A stretch of DNA of 64,000 nt from Octopus vulgaris (lineage: Eukaryota): NCBI GenBank assembly GCA_951406725.2, contig OX597824.1, positions 54,188,001-54,252,000 on the forward strand. The letters run 5' to 3'. Position 1 is the first letter of the stretch. Every line of letters starts with the position of its first letter. Position numbers and translations under genes: made by a program. Shown piece by piece: positions 24,561 through 37,439 of this stretch. The notes under the pieces are model-generated. The model made no database searches and had not been told where the DNA came from. It worked only from the letters and a program-made list of their open reading frames with translations.

Positions 24561-26305
24561 ATGGCATTTGAAACATGTTTCAATATCTTTTACCTATATT
24601 AGCAATGAGTTATCATCAATTACTTGTTGAAATTCATATAACCAAGTGGGACAGCATAGAATGGTTTCAAAAATAGTTGTTGTTGCCAATAACAGAAGTC
24701 TATAAATTGTGAAGCAATATGAAGTTCAGTATTGTAAAATACTGAGATGTTCAGTAAGAATTGCTGCAAAGAGACTACAATATCAGAAGGAAGTTTTTAA
24801 TATAGTAATTTGTCTTTAAATAAAATTATTTTCCTAATCTATTTATGAGTTTTGACAGCTGATAAGCAGAAGTGAACCTGTCATTAATTGGACATGGCCC
24901 ATGTTACTGTTATTGAATAGCAGTTCCATTTAAGAAAATGAGCTCTGCGATATTTAATTGCTAATTCAATGAAATTAAGAATTGAAAGTGTTGTTGATGA
25001 GATTGATGATCTCTATTTGCCAAATGGAATCATCATATTAGATGAGTTGTTAGGAAGTAATGGGTTTTTGGAATGATTGAACCTGCAATAGGAAGAAGGT
25101 TTATTATTTGAGGTTCCCAAACTACAGGGCGGTCACATTACTGCCATTAACTGGAGAATATATTAGTGCAGTTTCTATTGTCACATACAGTAACCCGATC
25201 AAAATTTACAAACCAAAAGTGATATTCATTGAACTAGTCTTTTGGTACTAGTGCCTAAGCAAACTGTCAAAGCAAGAAAAGGTAAAAATGAATGAGATTT
25301 CTCAGACTATGATTTGTATAGATTTGGGAGCATATATGTGCATAATGGCAAAGAACATATTCTTTTATCATATTAATTTTTATTTGTTACATTAACCATT
25401 CTGTGACTCTTTTTCTAACAAAAAAAAAAAGAAAAAAGGAGTCTCAGAATGGCTTTAATATTTAAAATAATCAAGAATTATGAGTGGTTTAGTGAAATAT
25501 CTAATGAACTCAATAAAAGACAAATTTCTGCATCTAATATTATTTTTCATGTAATAATGATATTTCTGCCCAAGACTTGAATTTAAATTTCAGTTTCAGC
25601 TAGGTTAATGTTGAAAATTTAATTAAATATAAGAAATAAAATATTCATACAAAATTCTTTAATAAGGACTGGGTAGGATGCGATAAAAGAGTTTCCAGTA
25701 ATGTTGAAAGGATAATAAAGTAACAGGGTTAGTGGAAGAATGCATGGGAAACGGATGGTGGAGATTGGGTGTAGGGCTCACAGTTATAAAGTGAATTACT
25801 TTAAGTGTTATGAGATGTGAAGTAGAAGGGTGGTTGAGGCAGATTTGCGAGGTCACAATGGTCTGTTTATTTTGGATGGCAAAGAAGTTAACATACAACA
25901 CTGGAGTGGGTACATTCAAATACAGAATTAGGCTGTTAGATAGAGACATATAGTAAAGAGTAAGGATAAAGGGTAAAGACCCTCTTTGGTTATGAATGAC
26001 CATGCGATTGCACCTAGAAAGTTACCATCTGAGGCACAAGTCTGTTTATGGAAGACCAGCAGTTACCCATGCATACCAGCTTTCCCTCTCCATGCCACTG
26101 ATGTTATCCAAGGGAAAGGCAAAGGATACAGCTTGGCATCAGTGATGCTGCAACTCATATAGTATTAGGTGGAGATATACAGTTCTTAATTTACTGTCAT
26201 GGTGATATAGATTGTCATCATAGTGAGATAACTTGTTGGTATTGGGTCATCACTATTGTGAATGTGAGCTCGTCTCCATTGTTACTGTAGTCTTTGGTGT
26301 AAGAG

Positions 26306-26530
26306 TATGAGTGTTGGCTGAAAAGTTCATGGGTGGACTAAGATATTCTCATGGAATGTGATGAAATGAAGTTTATCTTTCAACATGCTTGGATCCCATT
26401 GGTGAAGATGCTTTTGTCCTGTTAATCAAAAAAGTCCAATAACAGCAGATATGATGTCACCATCACTGCAATACTAGTTCCCAGCCAAGTGTTTTTTCAT
26501 GTTAGGGAACAGATGATAGTCAGATAATCA
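26306..26530. mobile_element. Possible mariner-type transposon end fragment
   Basis: ta-tgagtgttggctgaaaagttcat resembles mariner TIRs; no partner TIR seen. Confidence 0.35.
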
Positions 26531-29194
26531 TAGCACTAGCCTGATAACAGCAAATGGGGATTGAATCCTAGGTCTTGCTACATTAACAAAACATCAATAA
26601 GATCTGGTGTATTGCTGGTGATCCTTTAATATTGGCAGTGATGGACTCCACTGTTGATATTTCATTGGATTGCATGGTATTTAGTAAGTTACATTTGTGT
26701 CACAGTTGTGTGTGTGTATGTAGGTGAACTCATATGAGCAAGTTACTAATGAAGCAGTAGGTTTAAAAGGAAGAAGGAAAGATGCCAGGCTTGAGAGGCA
26801 GTGAGGACAAAAGAGAGAAAAGGTTAATTCAGAATTTAAAAAACCACAATAAATTCCATTCTGAATGGAAAAAAATGTAGTAATTTGGGGAAATTTTAAT
26901 TCAATATGAAAATATATTACTCAATCATTTGGATATGATTGTTGAGGTGTTTGGACAAAGAATGTGAACCAAAATTGCTCTTTTGTTGAATCCTACTTTA
27001 TTGCTTCTACTTTACTTTTTCACACAAGGTAGATAGCTTTAAATTTGATTTACAACACTGTGCAAGACAATCTCAAAGCAATTTTTTACATTTAGATTAT
27101 ACTAGCTTAAAAGTTGTACTCCATGTGGACTTTTAAGCTAGCTCCTATGGAGGGCTAATTGGGCCTGCAGCCCCAAACTAAAGAGAGCAATAATAATAAA
27201 GCATTTATTGATACCCTACCAGTATGGTATTACCCAACCAATATGGTATTATTTTAAATTCAGTTTAAATGAAAAAAGTTCACAAATTTTTGGAGTTCTT
27301 TTAAAATTTGAATTTTCAACTATTAGCAGATAACAAATCCTCATCTAGACCTGATCCCAATGCTGGATGTTCAAGAATCAAATGAAGGGCAGATTTTCAA
27401 TCGTGGGATCATCATGATTCCAAATAGGTATAATATGTCTATGTAGAGCAAATATAGACTGAGATACAGAGGTCCCAGATGGACGGACAAACAGAATTTT
27501 GCATTTATAATTATAAATGAATTAAATTCTCTCCCATAACGAAACTCTTCAGCTCTCTCCGAGTCTCTAAATTTTTTTTTCCTCCCCATAAGAAATTATA
27601 CTGTCATGGTGTGCAACAAGACACACCAAAGAACATAGGCAAACATAGATAGGAATGAAAAGTCTTTCACAAAATGCTTGAGAACACAAAATTTTAAACA
27701 ATGTTTTAAAATATCAGTCTTTGAAGAAGAATGGATTTGGTTTGATGGTCGAAAGTCTAATTTTCAAAACAAATGCTCCAGAAATACTTTATGTAGACAC
27801 AGTGACATCAGAGCAACACGGGTGAAAATTGAAAGGAAAAGTTGAAATAGGCAAGATGGCAGATATAGTTAGGATTTCATCTTTTGAGACACCATTCTTG
27901 TTAATAAACTGATCAACATGGGGAATAATTTCACTGCTGTCAGCTTAACCAATTTGCTTGAGAAGATCCTTGCTACTTCAGCCCTCTGATTTCTCTAATC
28001 AGATTTTTCACTAATATATTCTTTGGTTATCTATGGTAGAGAAGAGGCTGAAGAAGATATTACAGAAAAAAAGAACAGAGAAGCATCAACGAAACTACAA
28101 TAATGATAAGTTAGCTAAATATTAATGAGCAAAACACTTTATTTCTTGTTGCTCTAGATCACTCAGCTGGAACCCTCGACGAAATGCCAGTAAATATTAA
28201 TAAACAAGCAGGCCCTGTGCCATAAAAAATGACGGCTAATCGCAGTATTTTATATATAAATATGGATGGTAAATCAAATTAATACACTTGTCAATGTTAT
28301 TTAGTGGTTGTCTTTTGAGATGTGACATTGATCATTGTTTGCTACTGAAAGAACGCTGGTTCACACAAACATTCACATACTTCCTTTGTACACGCACACG
28401 CATACACACATATACTCATACAGAGTTGAAACACTGTTTGATTTTCCTTTTCAGCGTTGAATGTTCACCATCCAACTTCCATTGCTCACGCACACACACA
28501 GATTCACATACATCCCTTTTACATACACATACATATACTCACACAGAGTTGAAGCGCACCTACTACCAAGTTTGCCATCACCCTTCCTTATTCATCTATC
28601 ACCCCTTCCTTTCTCATTCATATGTTACGACGGAGAAAAGCACAAGAATATTTATCATAGTAGAAAATTATTTTCCTTTGGTATAAGTTTTAAGGTTATC
28701 TCCCTTAGACAAAGTGTTAAAAAGGAGTTAGCTCCCTCGGTGGCTGCAACTCATTTTTTTTCTCTTCGTTTGAGGACCGCATTCTCGTTCTGTGATCTGT
28801 ATTTTAAGTTAATAAAGTGGATAATAAAATACCTTGAGTAGGAATTAAGTCAACTGACAGTAAGTTAGAATTTCTATGTCGATTGAAACAACCTCGACGA
28901 TAACCTGGTATTTTCCATGCATTTTACGTTTGTTCTGTAAAAAATTAACTTTTTGTTTGGTTTGGACATAAGATAAAATAAGATCAGTAATAAACAAGTG
29001 AAGACCCAACATATAGTGCAAAAAAAATTATCTCCCCGAAATATTACAATATGTTTCAATTCACGGTTTCACATCAGGAATCTTGCAACACAAATTCATA
29101 AAGAAACTTCATTATACCTTAAAGTATAGATATAAATTAATTAGTCTATCACAATTAAATTTAATGTTAATAATTTATCCTTCAGTAACGTATC

Positions 29195-29266
29195 GGGGAT
29201 GTAGCTCAGTGGTAGAGCGTTCGCTTTGCATGCGAAAGGCCCCGGGTTCGATACCCGGCATCTCCA
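29195..29266 (+). tRNA. tRNA-Ala (anticodon TGC)
   Basis: 72-nt cloverleaf GGGGATG...CATCTCCA with the G3-U70 Ala identity pair, A box TAGCTCAGTGG, anticodon arm TTCGC-TTTGCAT-GCGAA, B box GGTTCGATACC and a T-run terminator at ~29283. Confidence 0.96.
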
Positions 29267-29664
29267 AATCTGTAACAGATTCTTTTTGCTTTTTTATATA
29301 TCCTTATAAAATCTTATTTGATTTAGAAATTAATCCCCGATTTCTTTGGGTGTGCTGGTGTATTTGAGCCGTTTCGACTTTTAACAGTCATCTTGTGTTA
29401 CAATGTCTAGCAAAATCAATTGAGGCGACATTGCGTCTGCAATGAAGGTTAATTAATTACCCTAGAAAGTCGTTAGAAGCTATCGGTCACCTCTCGATCT
29501 TTGTTTATTTAATACGGCAGACAAAGTGAAAATAACTGCACTAATTAAAAGAAAGGGGAAAGGGTACTTGTGAATGTATCAGTGCTCATGTTTAACTTTT
29601 ATCTAAGTAATTTCCTATTTTCTGCCTTAAAAACGATATGTTTAATAATTTTAAAATGGAAAAT

Positions 29665-30215
29665 CTTTGGTTTTAAGTACATATAAAACATTTAGCGACC
29701 TTCGGGACTAATCGAGGACATTGGTCTTCAATTGATGCTTTTTTTCTTTCTTTCTTTCTTCCTCCTTTTTTCTTGAGTTTTTGATTTGTATTTTAATGTG
29801 GTTTTGTAACGACCTTCGGGACTAATCGAGGACGTCTTCAATATTCTTTGGTTTTAAGTACAAATAAAACATTTAGCGACCTTCGGGACTAATCGAGGAC
29901 GTCTTCAATTGATGCTTTTTTTCTTTCTTTCTTTCTTCCTCCTTTTTTCTTGAGTTTTTGATTTGTATTTTAATGTGGTTTTGTAGCGACCTTCGGGACT
30001 AATCGAGGACGTCTTCAATATTCTTTGGTTTTAAGTACATATAAAACATTTAGCGACCTTCGGGACTAATCGAGGACGTCTTCAATATTCTTTGGTTTTA
30101 AGTACATATAAAACATTTAGCGACCTTCGGGACTAATCGAGGACGTCTTCAATTGATGCTTTTTTTCTTTCTTTCTTTCTTCCTCTTTTTTTTCTTGAGT
30201 TTTTGATTTGTATTT
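29665..30215. repeat. Higher-order tandem array: six copies of a 36-bp unit with two alternating linkers
   Basis: tagcgaccttcgggactaatcgaggacgtcttcaat at 29693, 29807, 29874, 29984, 30051 and 30118. Confidence 0.92.
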
Positions 30216-30967
30216 TAGGCAATCTTTCGATCGCCGTATTTTAATGTGGGGCGATCGGCGATCTTTCGTTTTGAGTAGACAGAATGTAAATATCCGAATA
30301 TAGTACATATATTTGCGGAAATGATAACGAAACGAAAGCTATCCGGGAAAATACAAACATGAATTTAGGTATCACGTGCACAAAATGCGTAACGGTGGGA
30401 AAGGGATGCGTGAATATGCACCAAATGGGGAAAAACCATATATATATGTAAAAAAGAAAAAGAAAAAAATCTTTTTTGTTAGGGTAATTTTTATAATTAT
30501 TTTCGTTTGGATCTTTTTCGTTTTCTTACAACCACTTGAAGATTTTTGATTTCTTAACGGATTGTTATCAGAAGTACGGAAGCTATAGTAATTGTTTGTC
30601 TCTCGCACAATAAAATTTACAATCTTTTTATCGAAAATGCCGTAAATTTATTTACATTTCTTTGATGATAGCCGTATAAATGTAAAATCGTTGAAACATC
30701 AGTTGGTGATGTTCGTCGTTGAAGAGTTAAAAGTCATTTATTAAATAAAAGGCGATCTTTCGTCTCTATTAGACCTTTCCGTCGATTTCCGTAAAAAACT
30801 TCTTTTTTTTTTTACATATGGGCTTGCGGGAACTTTTGAAGTAATGAGAGCGAAAGAGACTAAGAGAAAGCGATTTTATGACGAGGGAAGTTCTTTTGAA
30901 TTTACCGTCCAGGGGAAGCATTGATGTACATGTGTGTGTGTTTGATGGGGTGTGAGAGACAGACAGT

Positions 30968-31393
30968 ATGTTGTGTAAGTGAAGTGCTTCTGTTAGTGTG
31001 TGTGAAGAGACAGAGAGAGTAATGTGTGAAAGAAAGAGATAACTGAAATTTTTTACTCGGTGTATGTATGTGTGTGTGTGTATGTATGGCCGATTCAGTG
31101 TTTACATTATTTCGAGTTAAAACGAAAGATTACCTTTGCCTGTTTATGTAACGGTCTGCTATGTAGAAAATAACGAGGTTGACTCAATGGAATAATGACA
31201 GTGATCGAAGATATAGACAACATTTTTTTTATTTAATCGTTATACATGCCTTGTCAACTGCTACTGTGCAGCCTTAATGTCTCTTGATGTGACGATGGTG
31301 AAATGGTAAGAAAAAGACGGGAGAGTTATAAAATGAGGAGGAGATATTCTTTTCATGAATAGATATTCTTCTCGGCCATACATACATACACAC

Positions 31394-31425
<32 letters not shown>

Positions 31426-31569
31426 ATATTCTTACATACATACATACACACACACATACATACATATACACATACACCGAGTAAAAAATTTCAGTTATCT
31501 CTCTCTTTCACACATTACTCTCTCTGTCTCTTCACACACACGAACAGAAGCACTTCACTTACACAACAT
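30968..31569. repeat. Inverted repeat, ~125-bp core arms with microsatellite expansion
   Basis: atgttgtgtaagtgaagtgcttctg...gtatggccga (30968-31092) versus tcggccatac...cagaagcacttcacttacacaacat (31372-31569). Confidence 0.85.
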
Positions 31570-31899
31570 TTGTTTGTGTTTGGATAATATTTTTTAAGTA
31601 AAAGTTGTGCAACAACTATAACATTCGGTTGTGCAAATTATTTGCACGGGAAACCTTCCCTGTGTGGCGTGTTTCCCAATTTTGTAGAATTTGCTTTAGG
31701 GCTTTCTTAGCCATTTCTGTTTTGGTGTCTTCAAGCCATGAAGTCGTTGTTCTAAAAGAACGCTGGTCTCCTTGACAACGCTTTACGACGTTGATTTCCT
31801 TACACTCCCTTCCCACAGCTTCACGAGGGAGGGAAGAAGGGGGAGAAGCAACACAGGTGCAGGTGTGAGCATGGACGCCAACTCCGCCGCCTTCCCTTT

Positions 31900-32118
31900 A
31901 TTTAAAAAATATGCGTTAAAATGGAAAAAATTATGGTAAATTATTTTTAAAATCGTAGACTTATCGTAGACGCGCGCTAATACCCAGACGAGCTCGATAT
32001 GAATCACGACTATAAGATACCCGAATTTGGTTAAACTGCACCGCAAAATGTGGGAGTAGTTAGGAATCTAAATCGTAGGAGACAGACACTCACACAACTT
32101 CACTTTTATATATATAGA
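31900..32118 (-). mobile_element. Helitron-derived element 5' end (may extend left toward ~30300 or further)
   Basis: About 200 bp nearly identical to 33940-34140; minus strand begins a|TCtatatatataaaagtg. Confidence 0.75.
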
Positions 32119-32404
32119 TATATAGATATATATAGTAGGAGTGTCAATGAATAGTTAGAGAGGGGATCGAAGTGTGACACACAGACACACAGAAATTAAT
32201 TTTCACATTTATTATATATCAATGAAAACTATGAATACATTTTATCTTTAATTCCCTGTAAGTTTGGAGTTATACTCCCTAATATTATATATATATAATA
32301 AATTTAGGGTGAATACTTGATAAATGTAAGCACCTGAATATGCCAGCTAGTAGCATAGGTGAGAGGATATATGTATCAAATGAAAAACACGACACAAAGG
32401 ATGT

Positions 32405-32499
32405 TGCGGAACATATGTTTCGAGCTTTATAGAACAACTTATTCTTACATCAATGCATAATCGACATAACAGATAGTTCAAAAGCCCTCTTCAGCCGCA
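32405..32499 (-). ncRNA. Type I hammerhead ribozyme (intact core)
   Basis: Minus strand: tgcgg-CTGAAGA-gggcttt...aaagctc-GAAAC-ATAT-GTT-ccgca. Confidence 0.85.
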
Positions 32500-33593
32500 T
32501 GTAATTGCTACACCAAAGACTTGTATCACATTATGAAAGGTTTGAGAAAAAACATTTGGTATTGTTTATAATGGTAGGTAAACCGAGTATCACTGGGAAA
32601 GTATGTTTGTAAATCTTCATAGGCGTACATGGTATTATTAGACTCCAAAGCAAATCGTCTATACCGTTTTCTCACTCAATATAGAATGAATACTGGGTAG
32701 ATTCCTTCATGTAAGGGAAGGAATTGGATGTTGAGAGAGAGAGAGAAAAAAAAGAAGAAAGGAGGGGAAGGGGGGAACCGTTAATGAAGTTGGGATCACA
32801 AAACAATATATATAAATGTAAATATAAGTAAAGATGTAAAAATATAAGTATATAACGGTGGTGCATCAGCATGGCCGCAGCTCTGAGCTGAAACTAGAGC
32901 AAAAAAAAAATAAAGATATAAAAAACGTCAGGTATAGGGTCGCCTACTACTATACCCCCTCCCCGCCACTCCGATAATTAAAAGTAATTTACGACACTCA
33001 CCACAGCATCAGAACTTTAACCCATCATCTCTGATCGCTGTGTATTCTTTTGTAGCTTCGTATCTTTTTATCTTTATCTCACTTTATCTTTATTTTTGTT
33101 TTTTTATTTTTTATCTTTTACTCTTAATTTTTTGTACCTTTTACACCTTCACAATACATTTCTAGAATTTATGACCCTATACCTGACGTTCTTTATATTT
33201 TTATATACTTATATTTTTACATCTTTACTTTTTGTTATATTTTATATCTTATTATCCTTTATAATTATATTTACATTTGTATATATTTTTTTTGTGATCC
33301 CAACTTCATTAACAGTTCCCCCCTTCCCCTCCTTTCTTCTTTTTTTTTTCTCTCTCTCTCAACATCCAATTCCTTCCCTTACATGAAGGAATCTACCCAG
33401 TATTCATTCTATATTGAGTGAGAAAACGGTATAGACGATTTGTTTTGGAGTCTAATAATACAATGTACGCCTATGAAGATTTACAAACATACTTTCCCAG
33501 TGATACTCGGTTTACCTACCATTATAAACAATACCAAATGTTTTTTCTCAAACCTTTCATAATGTGATACAAGTCTTTGGTGTAGCAATTGCA

Positions 33594-33688
33594 TGCGGCT
33601 GAAGAGGGCTTTTGAATTATCTGTTATGTCGATTATGCATTGATGTAAGAATAAGTTGTTCTATAAAGCTCGAAACATATGTTCCGCA
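33594..33688 (+). ncRNA. Type I hammerhead ribozyme (intact core)
   Basis: Helix I tgcgg/ccgca, core CTGAAGA, helix II gggcttt/aaagctc with long insert, GAAAC-ATAT-GT, GUU triplet. Confidence 0.85.
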
Positions 33689-33746
33689 ACATCCTTTGTG
33701 TCGTGTTTTTCATTTATTTCATTTGATACATACATATATATATATA

Positions 33747-34140
33747 CTAGCAGTATCGCCCGGCGTTGCTCGGGTTTGTAAGGGAAATAATTATATAAGC
33801 ATTTTTAGAGATGTAAAGTATAATAGCCATCTCAATATGGCTAACCACAAAGGGGAGGGGTGTTACTGTAGCTTTTTACGTTCTGAGATTTAATAATAAA
33901 TTTTAGAGAGTTACTTCCCTTATATATGTCAAAAATGGATTAAAAATGGGAAAAATTGATGGTAAATTTTTTTTTAAATCGTAGACTCATCGTAGACGCG
34001 CGCTAATACCCAGACGGTCTCGATATGAATCACGACAATAAGATACCCGGTTTTGGTTAAACTGCACCGCAAAATGTGGGAGTAGTTAGGAATCTAAATC
34101 GTAGGAGACAGACACACAACCTCACTTTTATATATAAAGA
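33747..34140 (-). mobile_element. Complete non-autonomous Helitron (394 bp)
   Basis: Minus strand starts a|TC..., ends with hairpin cccgagcaacgccggg then CTAG|t; inserted in an AT dinucleotide without TSD. Confidence 0.85.
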
Positions 34141-34302
34141 TTTCCTCTATTTACATAATATTGAGGTCTCTTTCTTTCTTTTGTTATCTTACTGTTTTTA
34201 CCAATATACATATATATATATATATAAATATATATATAGTTACAGAGATGTACTTGCATAGCAAGTGACTTGATCTGAGATCGTGTGCTGGAACGAAAAC
34301 AG

Positions 34303-34561
34303 TTGCAGCGTTGAAGGTGTTTATAAGCCATTTAAGAAACACACAAAAACCATTAGATTCACTTCAACATTTAAATTTAATTTGTCAAAATATTTTCGTC
34401 GCTTTGAGACCGCGACCTGTTAGCACGATATTTTTGTCAGTGAACAGGTCGCGGTCTCAAAGCGACGAAAATATTTTGGCAAATTAAATTTAAATGTTGA
34501 AGTGAATGTAACGGTTTTTGTGTGTTTCTTAAATGGCTTACAAACACCTTCCACGCTGCAA
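34303..34561. repeat. Fold-back element, 119-bp arms, 21-bp spacer, between (TA)n runs
   Basis: 34303-34421 is the reverse complement of 34443-34561 with a few mismatches. Confidence 0.92.
34433..34483 (+). ncRNA. Variant minimal hammerhead with G3-C8 core swap
   Basis: tttgtca-GTGAACA-g-gtcgc(ggtctcaaa)gcgac-GAAA-ATAT-TT-tggcaaa. Confidence 0.6.
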
Positions 34562-34576
34562 TATATATATACACAC

Positions 34577-34610
<34 letters not shown>

Positions 34611-34654
34611 GTATGTGTGTATATGTGTATGCATGTATGTGTGTGTGTGTGCGT

Positions 34655-34870
34655 GTCTGTGCTTGTGATTGTCCTCCACCACTGCTTGACAACGAATGTT
34701 GGTTTGTTTACATCCCTGTCACCTAGTGGTTTGACAAAGGAAACAGATAGAATAAGTACAATGCTTACAAAAATAAAACTGGAGTTGATTCATTAAACTA
34801 CAATTCTTCAAGGCATTGCCCCAGCATGGCCACAGACCAATGGCTGGAAAAAGCAGAAGAATAAAAGAAT
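34655..34870 (+). mobile_element. SINE 3' half
   Basis: Tail gccccagcatggccacag...aataaaag shared with fragments at ~7765-7830 and ~32855-32910. Confidence 0.6.
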
Positions 34871-34937
34871 ACATTCTCTGCTTTGGTCTTATGTTCAAGG
34901 CATGAGAAAGCTTGAGTTTACATGAGAAGGCCTAACA

Positions 34938-35197
34938 GACCTGGTAGAAACAGCAGCCAAATCTCCCTCAAATCACACCTTACTGTCTTATGTATGTATA
35001 TATGAGCCAATGAGGGGGACCTCTACATGGTAGCTAGACCTGGTAGAAATAGCAGCCAAATTTCCCCCAAATCACACCTTACTGTCTTATCTATGTATAT
35101 ATGTATGTATGAGCCTATGAGGGAAACCCCTACATGGCAGCTAGACATGGTAGAAATAGCAGCCAAATCTCCCTCAAATCACACCTTACTGTCTTAT
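34938..35197. repeat. Three tandem ~100-bp units
   Basis: ggtagaaatagcagccaaatctccctcaaatcacaccttactgtcttat occurs three times. Confidence 0.85.
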
Positions 35198-35204
35198 CTT
35201 TCTG

Positions 35205-35715
35205 CTACTTGGATATAGGTGTTATATTCGTTGTAAAAAACTTTCCTGTCACACGCTCACGCACACGCACACACACACACACACACACGCACCCTCACAC
35301 ACACACACACGCGCACACACACGCACACACACACACTCACACACACGCACGTTAGCTTACAATTTTATTTATATATTTGCGTGTCATGTGTGGAAAGAGG
35401 AAGTGGGAGGCAGAGTGAAAGAATCACTCACTACAGTAAGTGAATTACTTTCATTTTATTCGTTGCCCACTGTGTGTGTGCGTTTGCGTGTGGTGTAAAC
35501 CAGACTAAGAAAAGCATTTGACACACACACCAGAATGTGAGTTTTCTGTAAATTTTGCTTAATTGGAGTTTAAATTTTAAAAACTGGACCTGGCATGACG
35601 CGATGCATTGTACTCTTAAAAATGCTAGGTAAATTGTAATTGAAGAAATCCTATATTGTAGATTTGTATAACTCCCAAAGGGAGGCAGATAAAATCTGCC
35701 TTTTATAATAAGAGA
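35205..35715 (-). mobile_element. Helitron-derived element, second family; left boundary uncertain
   Basis: Minus strand begins a|TCtcttattataaaaggcagat and has an internal (CA)n; no 3' CTAG hairpin found. Confidence 0.5.
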
Positions 35716-36575
35716 TATATATATATATATATATATGAAGATGACACCGCTCTGCTAAACACAGAAAATTTCTCTCTTGTTATTGGCCTAAAAATACACA
35801 GTTTTTCCGATTTTTAAACCTCTTTTCTTCCAATTTTTTTTTATATAACAATACTGGTATATTCACTACTTAAAATAAACTGCTTAGATTATAATTAAAT
35901 CAATTCATAGTTAGCATGTTCTTTTACCTCTTTTACTCCTTTATTAAATACCAGTATATACCAATTGATCCAATATTCACTGATACCATCTGATTAGTTA
36001 GTATTTAGGTTTATAATATAATATGTATAAATATTAAACTATTTCTATATAATTTTCTTTTCCACCTCTTTATGGTAAAAGTTTGGTATATACTCAAAAG
36101 TATTCATAAAACATTTTATCCTTTTGTTATAATTCTTCTTCTTAGTAATCCCCCGAATAACCCTAAACTTTAACTTTATACAATATAGCAGTATTACTTA
36201 CAATATTTAACTATAGTACTACATGATAAGATTTCCTCTGTTTCATTATCAATGGTCTGCTTGTGGCCAGCCCCCTTAATTGTCAGCTAACATCTTGATT
36301 TAAGTTTTCCTTTACCAAATCCCATGATATTGCTTCAAATAAATCTTGATTTTTATGACTATACCCACTATGATTTCTGTAGACTCCCTCAGCCCTATCC
36401 CTTACAGACCCGGGTCTTAGATATAAAAGGATTTGATAAAACTAGTCTATAAATTAAAACTGACCCCATATAAAAGTGACAAGCAAAATCTGTAAAAAGT
36501 CTTTCTTCCTGATAATTTAGTAGCTTCTAAGTGGAAGGAAGGGCAACAATGTTCTTTGTCTATCTCCTTTAACTA

Positions 36576-36653
36576 TGGGGCTTTTGTCCATGGGGCTTTT
36601 GTTCTAGGGGCTTTTGTCCTAGGGGGCTTTTGTCCTAGGGGGCTTTTGTCCTA
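36576..36653. repeat. Minisatellite, five copies of ggggcttttgtcct(a)
   Basis: Directly visible; possibly the subterminal array of a DNA transposon. Confidence 0.9.
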
Positions 36654-36756
36654 CACTTGTTAAAATAATAGGTGTATATAAAAACATATAGTTTATATTC
36701 ATTTAGAAAAGAAAATGGAGATTGGGAAGTTAATAATTGTTTATTAATAACTGCTC

Positions 36757-37020
36757 TTCTTCACTTACAGCCTTTCCTATTAACATTCAATAAACATTAA
36801 ATTTACATGTATGCAACATGAGCATAATATCATCAGAGGAAAAAAGATGTACCTTTGGATGCTATATGTGTGTTTGTGAATTTGTTTCAGCAGACTAGTC
36901 ACAAATACACATATGGCATCCAAATGTACATCTTTTCCCCTCTGATGATATTATGCTCATGTCACATAAATGTAAATTTAATGTTTATTGAGTGTTAATA
37001 GAAATGTCTGTAAGTGAAGA
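36757..37020. repeat. Fold-back element (~123-bp arms) with paired hammerhead motifs, downstream of a Penelope ORF
   Basis: 36757-36879 versus 36899-37020; CTGATGA-tattatgctca...tgagtgttaata-GAAA...GTA at 36940-37014 (+) and 36764-36838 (-); helix III degenerate. Confidence 0.8.
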
Positions 37021-37439
37021 TGACCAATTTGCTGTTAAATACATACATATATACATATACTCATGGTGACTGGTAAACAAGAAAATGGTCTGACAGGAAA
37101 GGTTGAAAGAAGGGGAGATAATAAAGTATTGGTGATCCCAAAACGAAGGTGTGTATGTGAGAATGTATAAGTATGTGTGCATATGGAGTGGTGTTGTATG
37201 GTGTGATGTGATGTGATGGTGTGTGTTGTTGGGATGTAGGGGTGTGGAGATTTATGAATGCGGGGATGTGGGTGTGAATGTGGGGTGAGGATATGGGTGT
37301 GGGGTAGGGATGTGTGGGGAGAGGGGTGGTATCCACAAAGAAAGAAGGTGAGGAGGTGTGAAGAGAGGAAGTAGGTGTCAGATGAAGAGAGGAGAGGAGG
37401 GGATTTGAGAAAATATGGTGCAAAGGAACTCAGAGTGAA

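Larger units (their letters stand above)
32367..33738. mobile_element. Large fold-back element (~460-bp arms) carrying two hammerhead ribozymes; Penelope pLTR-like
   Basis: 32367-~32828 is the near-perfect reverse complement of ~33264-33738. Confidence 0.88.

Noticed and set aside
25392-25460. Small hairpins (also ~27102-27142) as ncRNA or terminators
   Set aside because: Short AT-rich inverted repeats, probably MITE remnants; no recognisable RNA family features.
29693-30153. CRISPR array
   Set aside because: The spacers are only two recurring sequences of unequal length, there are no cas genes, and the context is eukaryotic.
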